A stretch of 64,000 nt of DNA from Patescibacteria group bacterium. Its GTDB lineage: Bacteria > Patescibacteriota > Patescibacteriia > JAHIZJ01. Every line of letters begins with the position of its first letter. Position 1 is the stretch's first letter. The position numbers and the translations under genes were made by a program. Below the pieces are notes generated by a model. That model searched no databases. It had not been told where the DNA came from and worked only from the letters and a program-made list of their open reading frames with translations. Of this stretch, positions 38,163 through 48,221 are shown piece after piece. The DNA lies in NCBI GenBank assembly GCA_028714495.1, contig JAQTMH010000001.1:9721-73720 (forward strand), written 5' to 3'.

Positions 38163-38210
38163 AAATTACTCCTTTATCTCCCCACTGTTTTAAGATACCA
38201 CACGCCACTG

Positions 38211-38354
38211 CGGCTTGTAAAGCTTTAGCTTTACCAAAACGCCACCACACATCGCTCCGGCCTGTAAAGCTTTAGCTTTACCAAAACACCACCACGGGCT
38301 CGGGGCCATTTAATCCAGAGTGGATTGTTTTGTAAATCTAAAGATTTACAAGCC
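38211..38354. repeat. REP/BIME-like cluster, family B (3 copies)
   Basis: GGCYTGTAAAGCTTTAGCTTTACCAAAAC at 38211 and 38258; inverted variant at 38327-38354. Confidence 0.85.
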
Positions 38355-38362
38355 TGGAACGG

Positions 38363-39805
38363 TCAGAGCTTTCTAATTACGCCCTCGCTTGCATCCACCT
38401 CCACCTTATCCCCATCCTTAAATACTTTAGTCGCGATTTTTGTGCCGACGATGCATGGTTTATGCAATTCCCGCGCCACAATGGCCGCGTGACAAGTAAT
38501 ACCGCCTTCGTCCGTGACAATCGCCGCGGCTCTCTTCATCACCGGAACGTATTCCGGCAGGGTCATGCCACAGATTAAAACATCCCCACCTTTTACTTTC
38601 CGGCTCGCCTCAGCCACGCCATTGCACACGCGCGCCCGCGCCCGAACAATGCCACTTGTCACACCCAAGCCCTTCAGCTCAGCTACCGCCCGCACAAATG
38701 AGCCAAGCGTCTGCTGCCGTTTTGTCAGAGCGCGACGGCCGCTTAAAATAGTTAAACGGGATTTATTGGCCAGGACAAACATTGTTTTCTTCCTCGTGAC
38801 TAATTCGCGCCGATTAAACTTCTGGCCGCGGAGAAATCGAAATATCTCATGGGAATAAAACCATTCGAGATCCTTGGCTGAAATGCCCAACTGACGCCCC
38901 GCCGCCCGCAGCCAGAGATGAAAGGCGTAGATGCTTCGGCATTGCATTTCTTTACGCCGATCGTGGTAATAGGCGTAACGGTCGAGAACCGCGAGCCAGT
39001 GCCTGATAGCGGATGAAAGTCTATATTTTTTAAGAAGCTTCTTGCGATTCTCGGCCGCGCGCTGAACCAGAGAAGCCATTTTGTTCAATTGCGTCTGACT
39101 GGGACGGTTTTTCCGGAAATGAACAGTCTTCTTAAGATAATCGTCTTCGCGGATAATCCTGGCCTCCTCCCAACCCAAAGGTGTCCACCAATAGCGCTCA
39201 TACAACCTATGAACATCAGCTGTTCTCAATCCCCGCCGAATCGCCTGATCCATGGCTAATTCTTCCTCGGCTACGTAAGTCTGATGAATTGGTGTGGCTA
39301 GTTGCTTGTAAATTTCGGCAAATTTTGCCTCTGACAAACCTTGGGGAAGCTCCTGACGCAGCCTGTCAATCAAGAATGTCTCAAAGACCGCATCCACCGC
39401 GTCAATGTCAAAATCAAGCCAGCCGTGCGCTGGTCCGGTTTCTTGAAAAAGCCACAGATTGAGCTTGATCAACTCGTCGTTGCTCAATCGGCGCAAATCC
39501 ATTTGTCGGACTTTCTCCGAGGCTTGATTCGCGTGCTCAATCAACTTTTGAATATCGCGAAAATGCCTGGCCTGACCGGATTTGGTTGAGCATTTATTTA
39601 TTATTTTTCTCCCCACGGTAAAAAGCTGCCGTTCATCCCAGCCCCAGGTCAAGTTTTGGCCATGCACGGTATAAAGCGCTCGGTCGGCGCGTGACCCGTT
39701 GTACCTAGTGCCGAACACCTGTACCCCCCGTAAGGCGATTTCAAGCCGATAAGCGGGGATGGTGCCGCGGGTGTAGGTAAACCATTTTTGTTTGATAGAA
39801 TTCAT
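38363..39805 (-). CDS. helical N-domain plus C-terminal PEP-utilising mobile domain protein
   Basis: IVTDEGGITCHAAIVARELHKPCIVGTK...VEVDA. Confidence 0.88.
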   Translation of the reverse strand: MNSIKQKWFTYTRGTIPAYRLEIALRGVQVFGTRYNGSRADRALYTVHGQNLTWGWDERQLFTVGRKIINKCSTKSGQARHFRDIQKLIEHANQASEKVRQMDLRRLSNDELIKLNLWLFQETGPAHGWLDFDIDAVDAVFETFLIDRLRQELPQGLSEAKFAEIYKQLATPIHQTYVAEEELAMDQAIRRGLRTADVHRLYERYWWTPLGWEEARIIREDDYLKKTVHFRKNRPSQTQLNKMASLVQRAAENRKKLLKKYRLSSAIRHWLAVLDRYAYYHDRRKEMQCRSIYAFHLWLRAAGRQLGISAKDLEWFYSHEIFRFLRGQKFNRRELVTRKKTMFVLANKSRLTILSGRRALTKRQQTLGSFVRAVAELKGLGVTSGIVRARARVCNGVAEASRKVKGGDVLICGMTLPEYVPVMKRAAAIVTDEGGITCHAAIVARELHKPCIVGTKIATKVFKDGDKVEVDASEGVIRKL

Positions 39806-39826
39806 GATTGTAATAGTTAATCAGGC

Positions 39827-39852
39827 GCTATCATGCTATATAGCATGATAGC
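39827..39852. repeat. REP-like palindrome family A, copy 2
   Basis: GCTATCATGCTA-TA-TAGCATGATAGC. Confidence 0.75.
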
Positions 39853-39860
39853 ATTCACCA

Positions 39861-41309
39861 TTACCTTATCTTTTTTACTATTCCTTTTGTGGCATCAACC
39901 TCAACCCTATCTCCATCCTTCAAAACTTGAGTGGCGATCTTAGTGCCGATGATGCAGGGCTTGCCCATTTCGCGTGAGACAATTGACGCATGGCAGAGAA
40001 TCCCGCCTTCATCAGTGACAAAGGCGGCCGCTTTTTCCATGGCCGATATGAAATTCGGAAAAGTCATGACCGCCACCATGACATCGCCGCGTTTTACTCG
40101 CGATAAATCGCGCGTCGATCGCACGATTCGGACCGTGCCTTTCATCTTTCCTTTATAGGCAACCGTGCCGAAAAACTGTTTATTATCCGGGTGTGTAGAA
40201 AATATCATTCTAAGTCTTTTTTTCCATGTCCGGCCAGAAAAAACGTAATATTTTCCCTCGTGATACCATTCTCCATAAAACTGTTTCCGACGCCGTATTT
40301 CCTCCTTGGAAACAGGCGCCCGACCGGTTTTGGCCATGCGCATCAGTTCAATAAAAGTCAGATAGACAACATCATCTTCAGGAAAGCGCGCGCGTCGGGC
40401 AATTTCATAAAAAAGATTTCGGGCAAAATACCCGGCCGAATATATCGTATCAGAACGCCACGTCCGCAAATAGGCAAATTCTTTCGCTAGTGAAATACAT
40501 GTTTTGAGTATGCGCTGGCGAGTTATTTTTAATTGACGATTTAATGCCTGAGCTCTTTGAAATATCACCCGGCGCTGCGTCTCAATCCTTCGCAACTCAC
40601 GAGCGGGATTTTTCTTTTGCGCTCTAAGCTCTTTTAGACGTATCTCAATGTCTTTTTCGGTCCAGGCGTCATCCCACCAATATCCGCGGGCGCCGATCCA
40701 AGCGAATTTTTCCACATGTTTGGCAAGCCGCAGACGATATGCGGCACGATTCTTCCGAAACAGTTGGAGAAGTTTATACAATGAACGTTCCTCTGTCATA
40801 TGGCTGTTTTCCCTATCTGGAAAAGTTAGCGTGCGTAACCACTCTCTCTTTTTCTCTTCCGGCGCAGGCGGTAATTCATCTAAAATTACCTGGCTAAGGT
40901 ATGAATCTACCACCGCGAGCGGAGTCAGAAAATTATGAGCACATGAAGCGTAACGATGGTATTTCTTTGCATAATATACTAATCGTCTTCGCGGCCAACT
41001 CGAGCATTCCTGCTTTTCCAAGAAATGGGCTAAGCGATCAAGACGCGTAACATGACAGACAAGACGTTGCCTAAATCGACTCAAGAGCTTAACCCCGCCT
41101 CGCTGATATATTTCAGAGAGATTTGCCAGGCAGTGATCGCCGTAGATAAGCGGTCCCTCTGATAACCGAAAAACGTTTTTGACCGGCCAGTGGAATCCGG
41201 CGGCTCGGTAAAAATATTCCCCCGCGTTGTCCGTTATTGAGCGCATAAGCAGGGCTTCACGCCGCGAAACCAGTTGCTGCCACTCGATTTTTTTGATTTT
41301 GTCCAGCAT
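39861..41309 (-). CDS. helical N-domain plus C-terminal PEP-utilising mobile domain protein
   Basis: FVTDEGGILCHASIVSREMGKPC. Confidence 0.88.
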   Translation of the reverse strand: MLDKIKKIEWQQLVSRREALLMRSITDNAGEYFYRAAGFHWPVKNVFRLSEGPLIYGDHCLANLSEIYQRGGVKLLSRFRQRLVCHVTRLDRLAHFLEKQECSSWPRRRLVYYAKKYHRYASCAHNFLTPLAVVDSYLSQVILDELPPAPEEKKREWLRTLTFPDRENSHMTEERSLYKLLQLFRKNRAAYRLRLAKHVEKFAWIGARGYWWDDAWTEKDIEIRLKELRAQKKNPARELRRIETQRRVIFQRAQALNRQLKITRQRILKTCISLAKEFAYLRTWRSDTIYSAGYFARNLFYEIARRARFPEDDVVYLTFIELMRMAKTGRAPVSKEEIRRRKQFYGEWYHEGKYYVFSGRTWKKRLRMIFSTHPDNKQFFGTVAYKGKMKGTVRIVRSTRDLSRVKRGDVMVAVMTFPNFISAMEKAAAFVTDEGGILCHASIVSREMGKPCIIGTKIATQVLKDGDRVEVDATKGIVKKIR

Positions 41310-41310
41310 A

Positions 41311-42825
41311 TTATATTCGTTTTACTATCCCCTTAGTCGCATCAACCTCCACACGATCTCCATCTTTAAATACCTTGGTCGCGATTTTTGTGCCAATCAC
41401 ACAGGGCACGCCGAGCTCGCGCGAGATAATGGCGGCATGCGAAGTTATTCCGCCAGCATCTGTTACGATAGCTGATGCTCTTCGCATGGCTGGAACTAAT
41501 TCTGGAGAAGTTGCCGGTGATATAATAATGTCTCCAGCATCGAATTTCGCCAGATCAGAAGCACTGCGCAGAATAACCGCGTGGCCTTGCGCCCGGCCCG
41601 TACAAGCGCACATGCCCGTCAACTCCCGATAAGTCCCTCTAACTTTTAACGAGTTATTAATCTCATTTATCACCCGTTTGGCCTGATTGGCTGGTAAAAC
41701 ACTCCACTTTAAGCCATCAAGCCAAACCACGGTTTCCTTGGCTCGTTTGAGTAATTCCTTCCGGGTGTAATGTTTTTGAATCAAGACTCGACGCATTTCC
41801 CAAGGAGCCAGCGATTGAATGGCAATCAAAGGGACATTAATTCGTCTGGCTATTTCAACCAGCAGCTCATGAATTAAATATTGGCCTTGAACCGTCAACT
41901 TCTTACGCCAACGTTTCAAGCCGCCAATGTCCCGCAAGGTGATAAATTTACGGCGCTGGCTTGAATCCATTTTTAATCGCTTAAACCAGACGGCCTGCTT
42001 CTGCCTAACCGTTTTATCCGCATGTTTCAGGGCACTCAATTGTTTCTGAAGCTGTCGGCGTGGCTGGCTGGCGTGGCGGAGAATATCATCAAGCGTTTCT
42101 AGAAGTCTTTTTTTGGGGCCGCTGTAACCATACGACAAATAAGCAAACCGCTCATGGTAGGCGGAAATTCGCTTCAGGGTTTTTGAATCATTTTTCTGCA
42201 AGTAGGATAATAAAGCTTCTGGAGATTTGGATTTATTAATATCTGACCGTAAGACTATTTTTATTAGCTCAATTTCAGCCAGCCGGTTTTCATTTTCACC
42301 AACCGGCGTGGTCAGGACCGTAAAGATAGTCCCAGCATCTGATCGTAATCTTTTCGGCGCGGCTGTTTGAAGATATTCATATAGCGGACCGGACAAAACC
42401 GGCTCCTCAAACTCCATCACTGTTCCATAGGTACTGGCGGCCAAAATCCCCTGGGCTAATTTTGACCATTGCTCGTATAATTTTAATAGTTCAATATTGG
42501 CCAGGCTTCGCAAATCTGTCTGGTAAATCTTCTGTGATAGCTTTAAAAACGGTTTAATCAATCGGCGAGTTGTCTGCCACATCCAGGGTAAAAATTTTCG
42601 ATCGGTTTCCAGGCGCTCGAGGATTTTTCGGCCAGGTTCAGCTAAGCCGTTTTTTACCACGCATTCGCGAACCGAACGGCCATGGTAAATTAAAGCGATC
42701 GGTCCGGATCGGGCGCCGACCTTGTGTGAGGCGATTGACGCGCCCATGTAATAAAGCGTCATGGGAAAATTTGCCGCCGGCTCTTCATCAAGCTGTACCC
42801 ATTGACGCGAAATGACCTTGCTCAT
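41311..42825 (-). CDS. helical N-domain plus C-terminal PEP-utilising mobile domain protein
   Basis: IVTDAGGITSHAAIISRELGVPC. Confidence 0.88.
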   Translation of the reverse strand: MSKVISRQWVQLDEEPAANFPMTLYYMGASIASHKVGARSGPIALIYHGRSVRECVVKNGLAEPGRKILERLETDRKFLPWMWQTTRRLIKPFLKLSQKIYQTDLRSLANIELLKLYEQWSKLAQGILAASTYGTVMEFEEPVLSGPLYEYLQTAAPKRLRSDAGTIFTVLTTPVGENENRLAEIELIKIVLRSDINKSKSPEALLSYLQKNDSKTLKRISAYHERFAYLSYGYSGPKKRLLETLDDILRHASQPRRQLQKQLSALKHADKTVRQKQAVWFKRLKMDSSQRRKFITLRDIGGLKRWRKKLTVQGQYLIHELLVEIARRINVPLIAIQSLAPWEMRRVLIQKHYTRKELLKRAKETVVWLDGLKWSVLPANQAKRVINEINNSLKVRGTYRELTGMCACTGRAQGHAVILRSASDLAKFDAGDIIISPATSPELVPAMRRASAIVTDAGGITSHAAIISRELGVPCVIGTKIATKVFKDGDRVEVDATKGIVKRI

Positions 42826-42827
42826 AC

Positions 42828-43754
42828 TTATATTACCTTTTTAATCTGTAATTCCCGGCGCGAGAGGAAAAAGAAAAACCCCACCACGATAAATGTTATG
42901 ACCGGCGATACCCAGGAAGAAACGTGAATCTCAAAGCTTTCCAAAATCATAATCAAACCTAAGAGGCCAATCGAGTACATTGCGCCGTTTTTCAAATAGG
43001 CGTATTTCTTTACTGTGTTAATTCCATGCACGGTTAAATATCGGACAATAAACGCACCGATGCCATTGCCCACAATGATCAGCGGAACGGAGATCGTGAA
43101 TGCGAACGCGCCCAGCACGCCATCAATTGAAAAAGAGGCATCAATCAATTCTAGGTACAAAACCTTGCTGATATCACTTAAATGGCCGTGCATTAGCTGT
43201 TTTTCCTTTTCTTCCGCGTTCCTCTTGAAACCGCTGACGATAAAAAAGGCCGTTGATCCAACCACGGCGCCAAGTGAAATAAGAGGATTAAGCCTGATGG
43301 TCGACCAGACGATTACCAGCAGAATAACCGAAGCGATGGCGTAAAACCAAAAACCAAGCTTGTGGTGAATATGCCGCTCGATGAAAAAGGCGTATTTCTT
43401 TTCTTCGAGAAAAAGCCAATGCAAAAAGAGGAAAATGAGAAAAATGCCGCCACCAGCCAAAAGCACCGGCGCCTGTTTCTCAATCGCTTCTTTGGCGCCG
43501 CCGCCTTGGGAAAACGTCGCGATGAAAGCCTCCCCGATGCTCAAGCCCGGCGTGGAAAGATAGACGATCAAGAGCGGCAGAAGTCCGCGGATGACAAATA
43601 CGGCGAAAAATATACCGTAAATCAAAAACCATCGCCGCCAGCGCGCCGACATAGTACCGAGGATGTCTGCGTTCACAACCGCGTTATCAACACTGGTGAT
43701 TGTTTCAAACAAAACTAGTCCTACAACAACGACGATGATACTTTCTAGGCCCAT
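42828..43754 (-). CDS. DUF475/TerC-related integral membrane protein
   Basis: FETITSVDNAVVNA, YLELIDASFSIDGVLGAFA, YLKNGAMYSI. Confidence 0.88.
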   Translation of the reverse strand: MGLESIIVVVVGLVLFETITSVDNAVVNADILGTMSARWRRWFLIYGIFFAVFVIRGLLPLLIVYLSTPGLSIGEAFIATFSQGGGAKEAIEKQAPVLLAGGGIFLIFLFLHWLFLEEKKYAFFIERHIHHKLGFWFYAIASVILLVIVWSTIRLNPLISLGAVVGSTAFFIVSGFKRNAEEKEKQLMHGHLSDISKVLYLELIDASFSIDGVLGAFAFTISVPLIIVGNGIGAFIVRYLTVHGINTVKKYAYLKNGAMYSIGLLGLIMILESFEIHVSSWVSPVITFIVVGFFFFLSRRELQIKKVI

Positions 43755-43838
43755 TTATTAAAAAGTTTGCGTTATTTATGCTTAAATAATAAGCTATTAT
43801 TGGTCATTTGTCCATCGGTAATCGGTATTGATACAAAC

Positions 43839-43866
43839 GTAGGCGAGGATGATCATCCTCGCCTAC
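43839..43866. repeat. perfect 28-bp GTAG-type palindrome (REP-like or terminator)
   Basis: GTAGGCGAGGATGATCATCCTCGCCTAC. Confidence 0.7.
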
Positions 43867-43890
43867 TGCGAAACTATTATCCAAAATTAT

Positions 43891-45306
43891 TTATGTCACC
43901 AGCGTCAGCCGGTCCTTTTCTTTCCTTATCGTTGCCCACTTAAAAGTGCCGGTGACTGTATCGATAAAAGACGCCTTCAGGTATTTTCGGCCGAGAAGAT
44001 TGGCCAGTTTGGTGGCAATTCTGGCTGAATCAGACTCCAGCATCCCGATTTTGTTTCTTAGAATATACTGCAACCACAGGCTGTAAAAAATCGGGTCAGC
44101 CGGCATCTTGCTAAATTGATCCTCTGCCTCGACGCCGTATTTATCCTTGAGCGACTGGCGAAAACCCGCGTCAGCGGCCATGACCGTGAAGAAGTCCTGG
44201 GTTTTAGCCAAAACAATCAAAAAGGCCACCAGTTTAATCCGATCGCGCTTCTGAATCACCTCATCCAATTCTTGCCTAACATTAAGCGTGCCCTGGCCGA
44301 CTTGAGCTAGAATTGCCCTTTCTTCCTCGGCAATCGCTCTCTGCTCTTCGGGATTCTGGGTGTAGGCCTTGATTATATCTCTTGTCTGCAAATGTCTAGC
44401 TGTCTCTGGCTTAGTAATTTGTTTTTCCTCAATCTCTGGCTTTAACCGGTTAGTTGTTATCCTGTCAGTATCAATATTGTCTGGCGCGTTTCCTGTCTTA
44501 GTCTTTACTGGCGACATTGCGAGATATTTTGCCACCTCGGTTATATTCATCTTTTCTTTTTTATATTCCTCATATTTGTCTAAAACACCTCCGCGAATCG
44601 CCCCAATTGCATCTTCTTCATCGATGTCAGCCACCGACTCAAAACCGGCAGGATCATCAGATGGTGTCTTCAGCTTTTCAACCAAAATTAAAAGCGAACG
44701 CAATTTTTCTCGAGAGTCGGCAGAAATATTTTTCGTGTTAGGACTATTAACTAAGTAATCGGCAAGTTGTACTATCGGGATGCTCTTAGTGCCTAGATTG
44801 ATTACCGAATCTATAAGCCAGCTTTTGATCGTGCCCTTTTGTTCCACCCCGTCCTTAGTCACGGTCTCGGGAGTAAAAATCTCATTATTCTCCCTCAAGG
44901 CTTCAATAATTTTCCTTTTGTACAGGTTGCGGCTTTCCAGCGTCACCATGCTCACGAGAAGGCTTTTTATTTTTTGCCAGGGATCGTAATCAGGTATTTC
45001 ATAAACTAGCGAAAAATGGTTTTTAAAAAATTCTAAAGCCTTGTCTTCGGGATATTGCGTCAATGCGATAAAATTGAGTTTCCACTGCAGTCTGTCGTAT
45101 CCGCGATAAAGCTCGGGCGAGCTTGTCTCCAAGTCGCTCTGGAGTTCCAGCAATCGTTTGATGTTATCTGCCAACATAAAAGCCCCCTCGCTATTGTCAA
45201 ACTTAGCGAATTTTTCATAATACGACTGAAATTCTCTCAGGGTTTCCGGTTTTCGCAAATCCGGCAATTCAACTGGCGGTTTTTTAGTTGCGGAATTGAT
45301 AGCCAT
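43891..45306 (-). CDS. hypothetical soluble protein
   Basis: 471-aa ORF, last gene of giant-protein operon. Confidence 0.8.
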   Translation of the reverse strand: MAINSATKKPPVELPDLRKPETLREFQSYYEKFAKFDNSEGAFMLADNIKRLLELQSDLETSSPELYRGYDRLQWKLNFIALTQYPEDKALEFFKNHFSLVYEIPDYDPWQKIKSLLVSMVTLESRNLYKRKIIEALRENNEIFTPETVTKDGVEQKGTIKSWLIDSVINLGTKSIPIVQLADYLVNSPNTKNISADSREKLRSLLILVEKLKTPSDDPAGFESVADIDEEDAIGAIRGGVLDKYEEYKKEKMNITEVAKYLAMSPVKTKTGNAPDNIDTDRITTNRLKPEIEEKQITKPETARHLQTRDIIKAYTQNPEEQRAIAEEERAILAQVGQGTLNVRQELDEVIQKRDRIKLVAFLIVLAKTQDFFTVMAADAGFRQSLKDKYGVEAEDQFSKMPADPIFYSLWLQYILRNKIGMLESDSARIATKLANLLGRKYLKASFIDTVTGTFKWATIRKEKDRLTLVT

Positions 45307-45329
45307 ACTATTAATATATACCTCAATCT

Positions 45330-48212
45330 TTAAGTAACAGACCTTTTAACATCATGAGCGCGCAGGGTTTCACCAACCTGTCTGATCTTTTCCATTTCGT
45401 CCGTAGACACGCCTCCTTCTTCCGGCTGGGTAGCGGCAAAGTGTTGCAACTGGATTAAAGCATTATCATATTCCTCTAACTTAACATCGACATATTTCTT
45501 CTGAAATACCGGGACCTTAGCATCAATAATCTTGCCATCGCTTCCCAGATACTCTTTCTTCAATTCGGGTGATGCTTCTTTGCTTCTAAGATAACGCTCG
45601 AGCGTACTCCTAGTTTCTGCTTCGGATTTCAGGGTTCTCTCGGTCATTTCGCGCAATGGCCCGGTCAATAAATCCATATTGTATCTGACCAGGTGTGCCG
45701 CGGCATTGGCGTTATATCGCTCTTTTCCAATCAGACTGCTGATAGCTGGAAATTTCTCCACGAACATCGAAGCCCCAGCCTGATTAAACCGTGAATATCG
45801 ACCCTTTGAGGGATCTTTCGGATCATACAGAAATTCATCGCAGGGTGATAATCGACTCGACCTACGCATATGATTTTCGAAATCCATTTTCGACTGCTCA
45901 ATTTTTGACCGCGTCTGCTGGTCATCTGTCGCCCGCTGAAAGAATTTGCCTCGCCTCGAACCAACTCCCTCGATAATTCCGTCATGTCCAGTCTCATAGG
46001 CGATTTTGCTGACGTCACTCTGGAGTCCAAAAGCGGTTTGCTTGTCCTGCCCTAGCTGCCTGACGAACGCTTCCTGGACAAAGGCGCTTAAGCCTCTCTG
46101 GCTATATTCAAAGTGGTCGCCAACCTCGGCAAATGGATTACCTTTATTGTCAAACTGTTTTTCTATCTGTTCTTTGGTCAATTCATGTTTTTTGATATAA
46201 GCCCTCATGTCATTCTCATTCATTACGCCTTCTCCGGCAATTCCTCTAGCCGCATCGCCCCGATGGTGATAATAGTTTGTCGTCGCCGCCGGTCCATAAT
46301 TACATAATTCATTTTCATGCCCGACTTTTGCCGCTTGGAGAAAAATTCCTCTAGCCGCATCAGCATCTCCGCGCGCCATAGCGCCATTGAACGAATCTAT
46401 CAATTCATCGGCAACGTTTGTCGGATATTTCTTTCTTTCCTCCTCGTCCTTAATCCGCCTCATTTGTTGATACAGAGTATCCCGAGGCGCATACCCCTCC
46501 CAGTGCGCTATATCTTTTTTTAAACGATTCACTTGCGAACTCGCGCTGTCCCTTCTCCTGACTGCCGCTATATATTCATCTCCGCCATGTTTCTCAGCTA
46601 ATTCCTTCTGGACCTGGGCAACTATTCTCGGATCATTGATATCTTTTATTCCTGTCTTATCGGCAATTTCACGCTGTCTATTTAAGTATTCAAATGCCAG
46701 CGCGGGGTTTTTTGCCACTGCTTCTTCTATATCTTTTGTCGCTTTATCAGCGCTGCTTAGACCTTTTTCCTTTTCTCGAAGATCTTCGTCTTTTTTCTTT
46801 AACATACCCTTATGGACCAGGGTCTTTAAACCATGAGAATAAGCAAAACCTCGAAAATATGTCGTAACCAGAGAAGGCGCAGCCGCCCCTAATAACGGAG
46901 CTGTGAGGCCGCCTTTCATTAGTCTTTCCTCGGCATACATCTGTTTGAGAAAATCCTCCTCGCCGCGCTTACCAGCCATTCCCCGTTTGATGTTCTGATA
47001 CACATCCACGGGATTGAGCGGCAGACCTTTTAATCTTTCTCCGCCCAGCCATTTTGGCAAACGGCCGGCTGAAGCCTTTCTTGAAAGCCAGTTATAACCT
47101 TGAAACGGCGCCTTGGCGATCCTCGAAGAAACCCCCTGCCTGACTGACTGGGCGAGATTACCACCCAGAGTTTTTAATTCGTTCGCCGCCATGCTCGCCG
47201 CGAAGAGCAAAGCCACGGCCACGATATAATTCATCAAATTTTTCGAACTGGAAATGTCTGAAATCGCCGCGGAGATGCCTAACGGGTTCACTGAATCCTC
47301 GGTGGTTGTAAGACTGTTATTCGCGCCAGCGCTTGCCAATTCTTCACCCGCCTGCCCGGGATGAGCCGGATTAGATAATACGGTCATGGCCAACCACAGG
47401 AAAAAAGCCAAAACAGGCCCCACTACCAAATATTGTCCGAACATCTTCCACCACTTCGAAGCCAGGGACTTCATCTTGTCCATGGCCTCGCCCAGATAAG
47501 CCAACGGCGACAATACCACTAAAATCCATAACATTAGAATCCGCCCCAGCAGAATAATCGTTACCATCAGCACCGCCCCGATCATAATGGCCAGCAAAAT
47601 AATGCCTAAGATGATGGCGCCGATCACCTCGCCCACCTCGACCTTCTGGTCGCCGATCTGCTCGGAAAACATCAAAATTTTCTGCAGGCCCGCCCCGCTG
47701 GTCAGATTACCCGCCGCCGCGTCCTTAAAGGCGTTGACAAAAGTCATCATGATGACTTGCGACAAGTCAATGAAAAATCCGGCAATCGACTTCGAGAAAT
47801 TTATCAGGAAAGCCATGAGGATAAATTTCGGCAAGGAGCGTTTGTAATGATACGATTCGATCCTCATGACCGTGCCCCAGGCGATGATCAGCAGGACTAT
47901 TATTAGCAGCATGTTGCAAAGATCGCGCACCGCTACCCAGCCCTTTTCAACCGCGTATGACCTGACGAAATTATTAAACTTGGCGACTGTCAACATTATG
48001 TCGATCAGCACCAGCAATAATTTACCAAGCAAGGAGAGTATGGTAAATAGGACTTTTGCCAAAAAATTAGCCAACGTTTCATCCAATGGACCAAACAGGC
48101 CTGCCCGCGCCGGGGACCAGGCAACCAAAACTCCTATCAATATAAAAACTACCGAGCCGATAATCAGCCAGCGCCGCGTCTTTTGACTGGGATGGAAATC
48201 TAATCTAAGCAT
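45330..48212 (-). CDS. VirB6/TrbL/TraG-like polytopic membrane protein with long hydrophilic C-terminal tail
   Basis: GWVAVRDLCN, FLINFSK..AGFFIDLSQ, LLGRILMLWILVVLSPLAY..KWW pattern typical of CPR VirB6-like proteins. Confidence 0.7.
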   Translation of the reverse strand: MLRLDFHPSQKTRRWLIIGSVVFILIGVLVAWSPARAGLFGPLDETLANFLAKVLFTILSLLGKLLLVLIDIMLTVAKFNNFVRSYAVEKGWVAVRDLCNMLLIIVLLIIAWGTVMRIESYHYKRSLPKFILMAFLINFSKSIAGFFIDLSQVIMMTFVNAFKDAAAGNLTSGAGLQKILMFSEQIGDQKVEVGEVIGAIILGIILLAIMIGAVLMVTIILLGRILMLWILVVLSPLAYLGEAMDKMKSLASKWWKMFGQYLVVGPVLAFFLWLAMTVLSNPAHPGQAGEELASAGANNSLTTTEDSVNPLGISAAISDISSSKNLMNYIVAVALLFAASMAANELKTLGGNLAQSVRQGVSSRIAKAPFQGYNWLSRKASAGRLPKWLGGERLKGLPLNPVDVYQNIKRGMAGKRGEEDFLKQMYAEERLMKGGLTAPLLGAAAPSLVTTYFRGFAYSHGLKTLVHKGMLKKKDEDLREKEKGLSSADKATKDIEEAVAKNPALAFEYLNRQREIADKTGIKDINDPRIVAQVQKELAEKHGGDEYIAAVRRRDSASSQVNRLKKDIAHWEGYAPRDTLYQQMRRIKDEEERKKYPTNVADELIDSFNGAMARGDADAARGIFLQAAKVGHENELCNYGPAATTNYYHHRGDAARGIAGEGVMNENDMRAYIKKHELTKEQIEKQFDNKGNPFAEVGDHFEYSQRGLSAFVQEAFVRQLGQDKQTAFGLQSDVSKIAYETGHDGIIEGVGSRRGKFFQRATDDQQTRSKIEQSKMDFENHMRRSSRLSPCDEFLYDPKDPSKGRYSRFNQAGASMFVEKFPAISSLIGKERYNANAAAHLVRYNMDLLTGPLREMTERTLKSEAETRSTLERYLRSKEASPELKKEYLGSDGKIIDAKVPVFQKKYVDVKLEEYDNALIQLQHFAATQPEEGGVSTDEMEKIRQVGETLRAHDVKRSVT

Positions 48213-48221
48213 TATGAAAAT

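Noticed and set aside
38211-38354. Possible CRISPR array
   Set aside because: Very short spacer, third copy inverted, and adjacent to a RAYT, so better explained as REP/BIME.
38363-42825. Annotation of the three genes as ppsA/PEP synthase
   Set aside because: Only the His-swivel domain is present; no ATP-grasp or pyruvate-binding barrel is recognisable.
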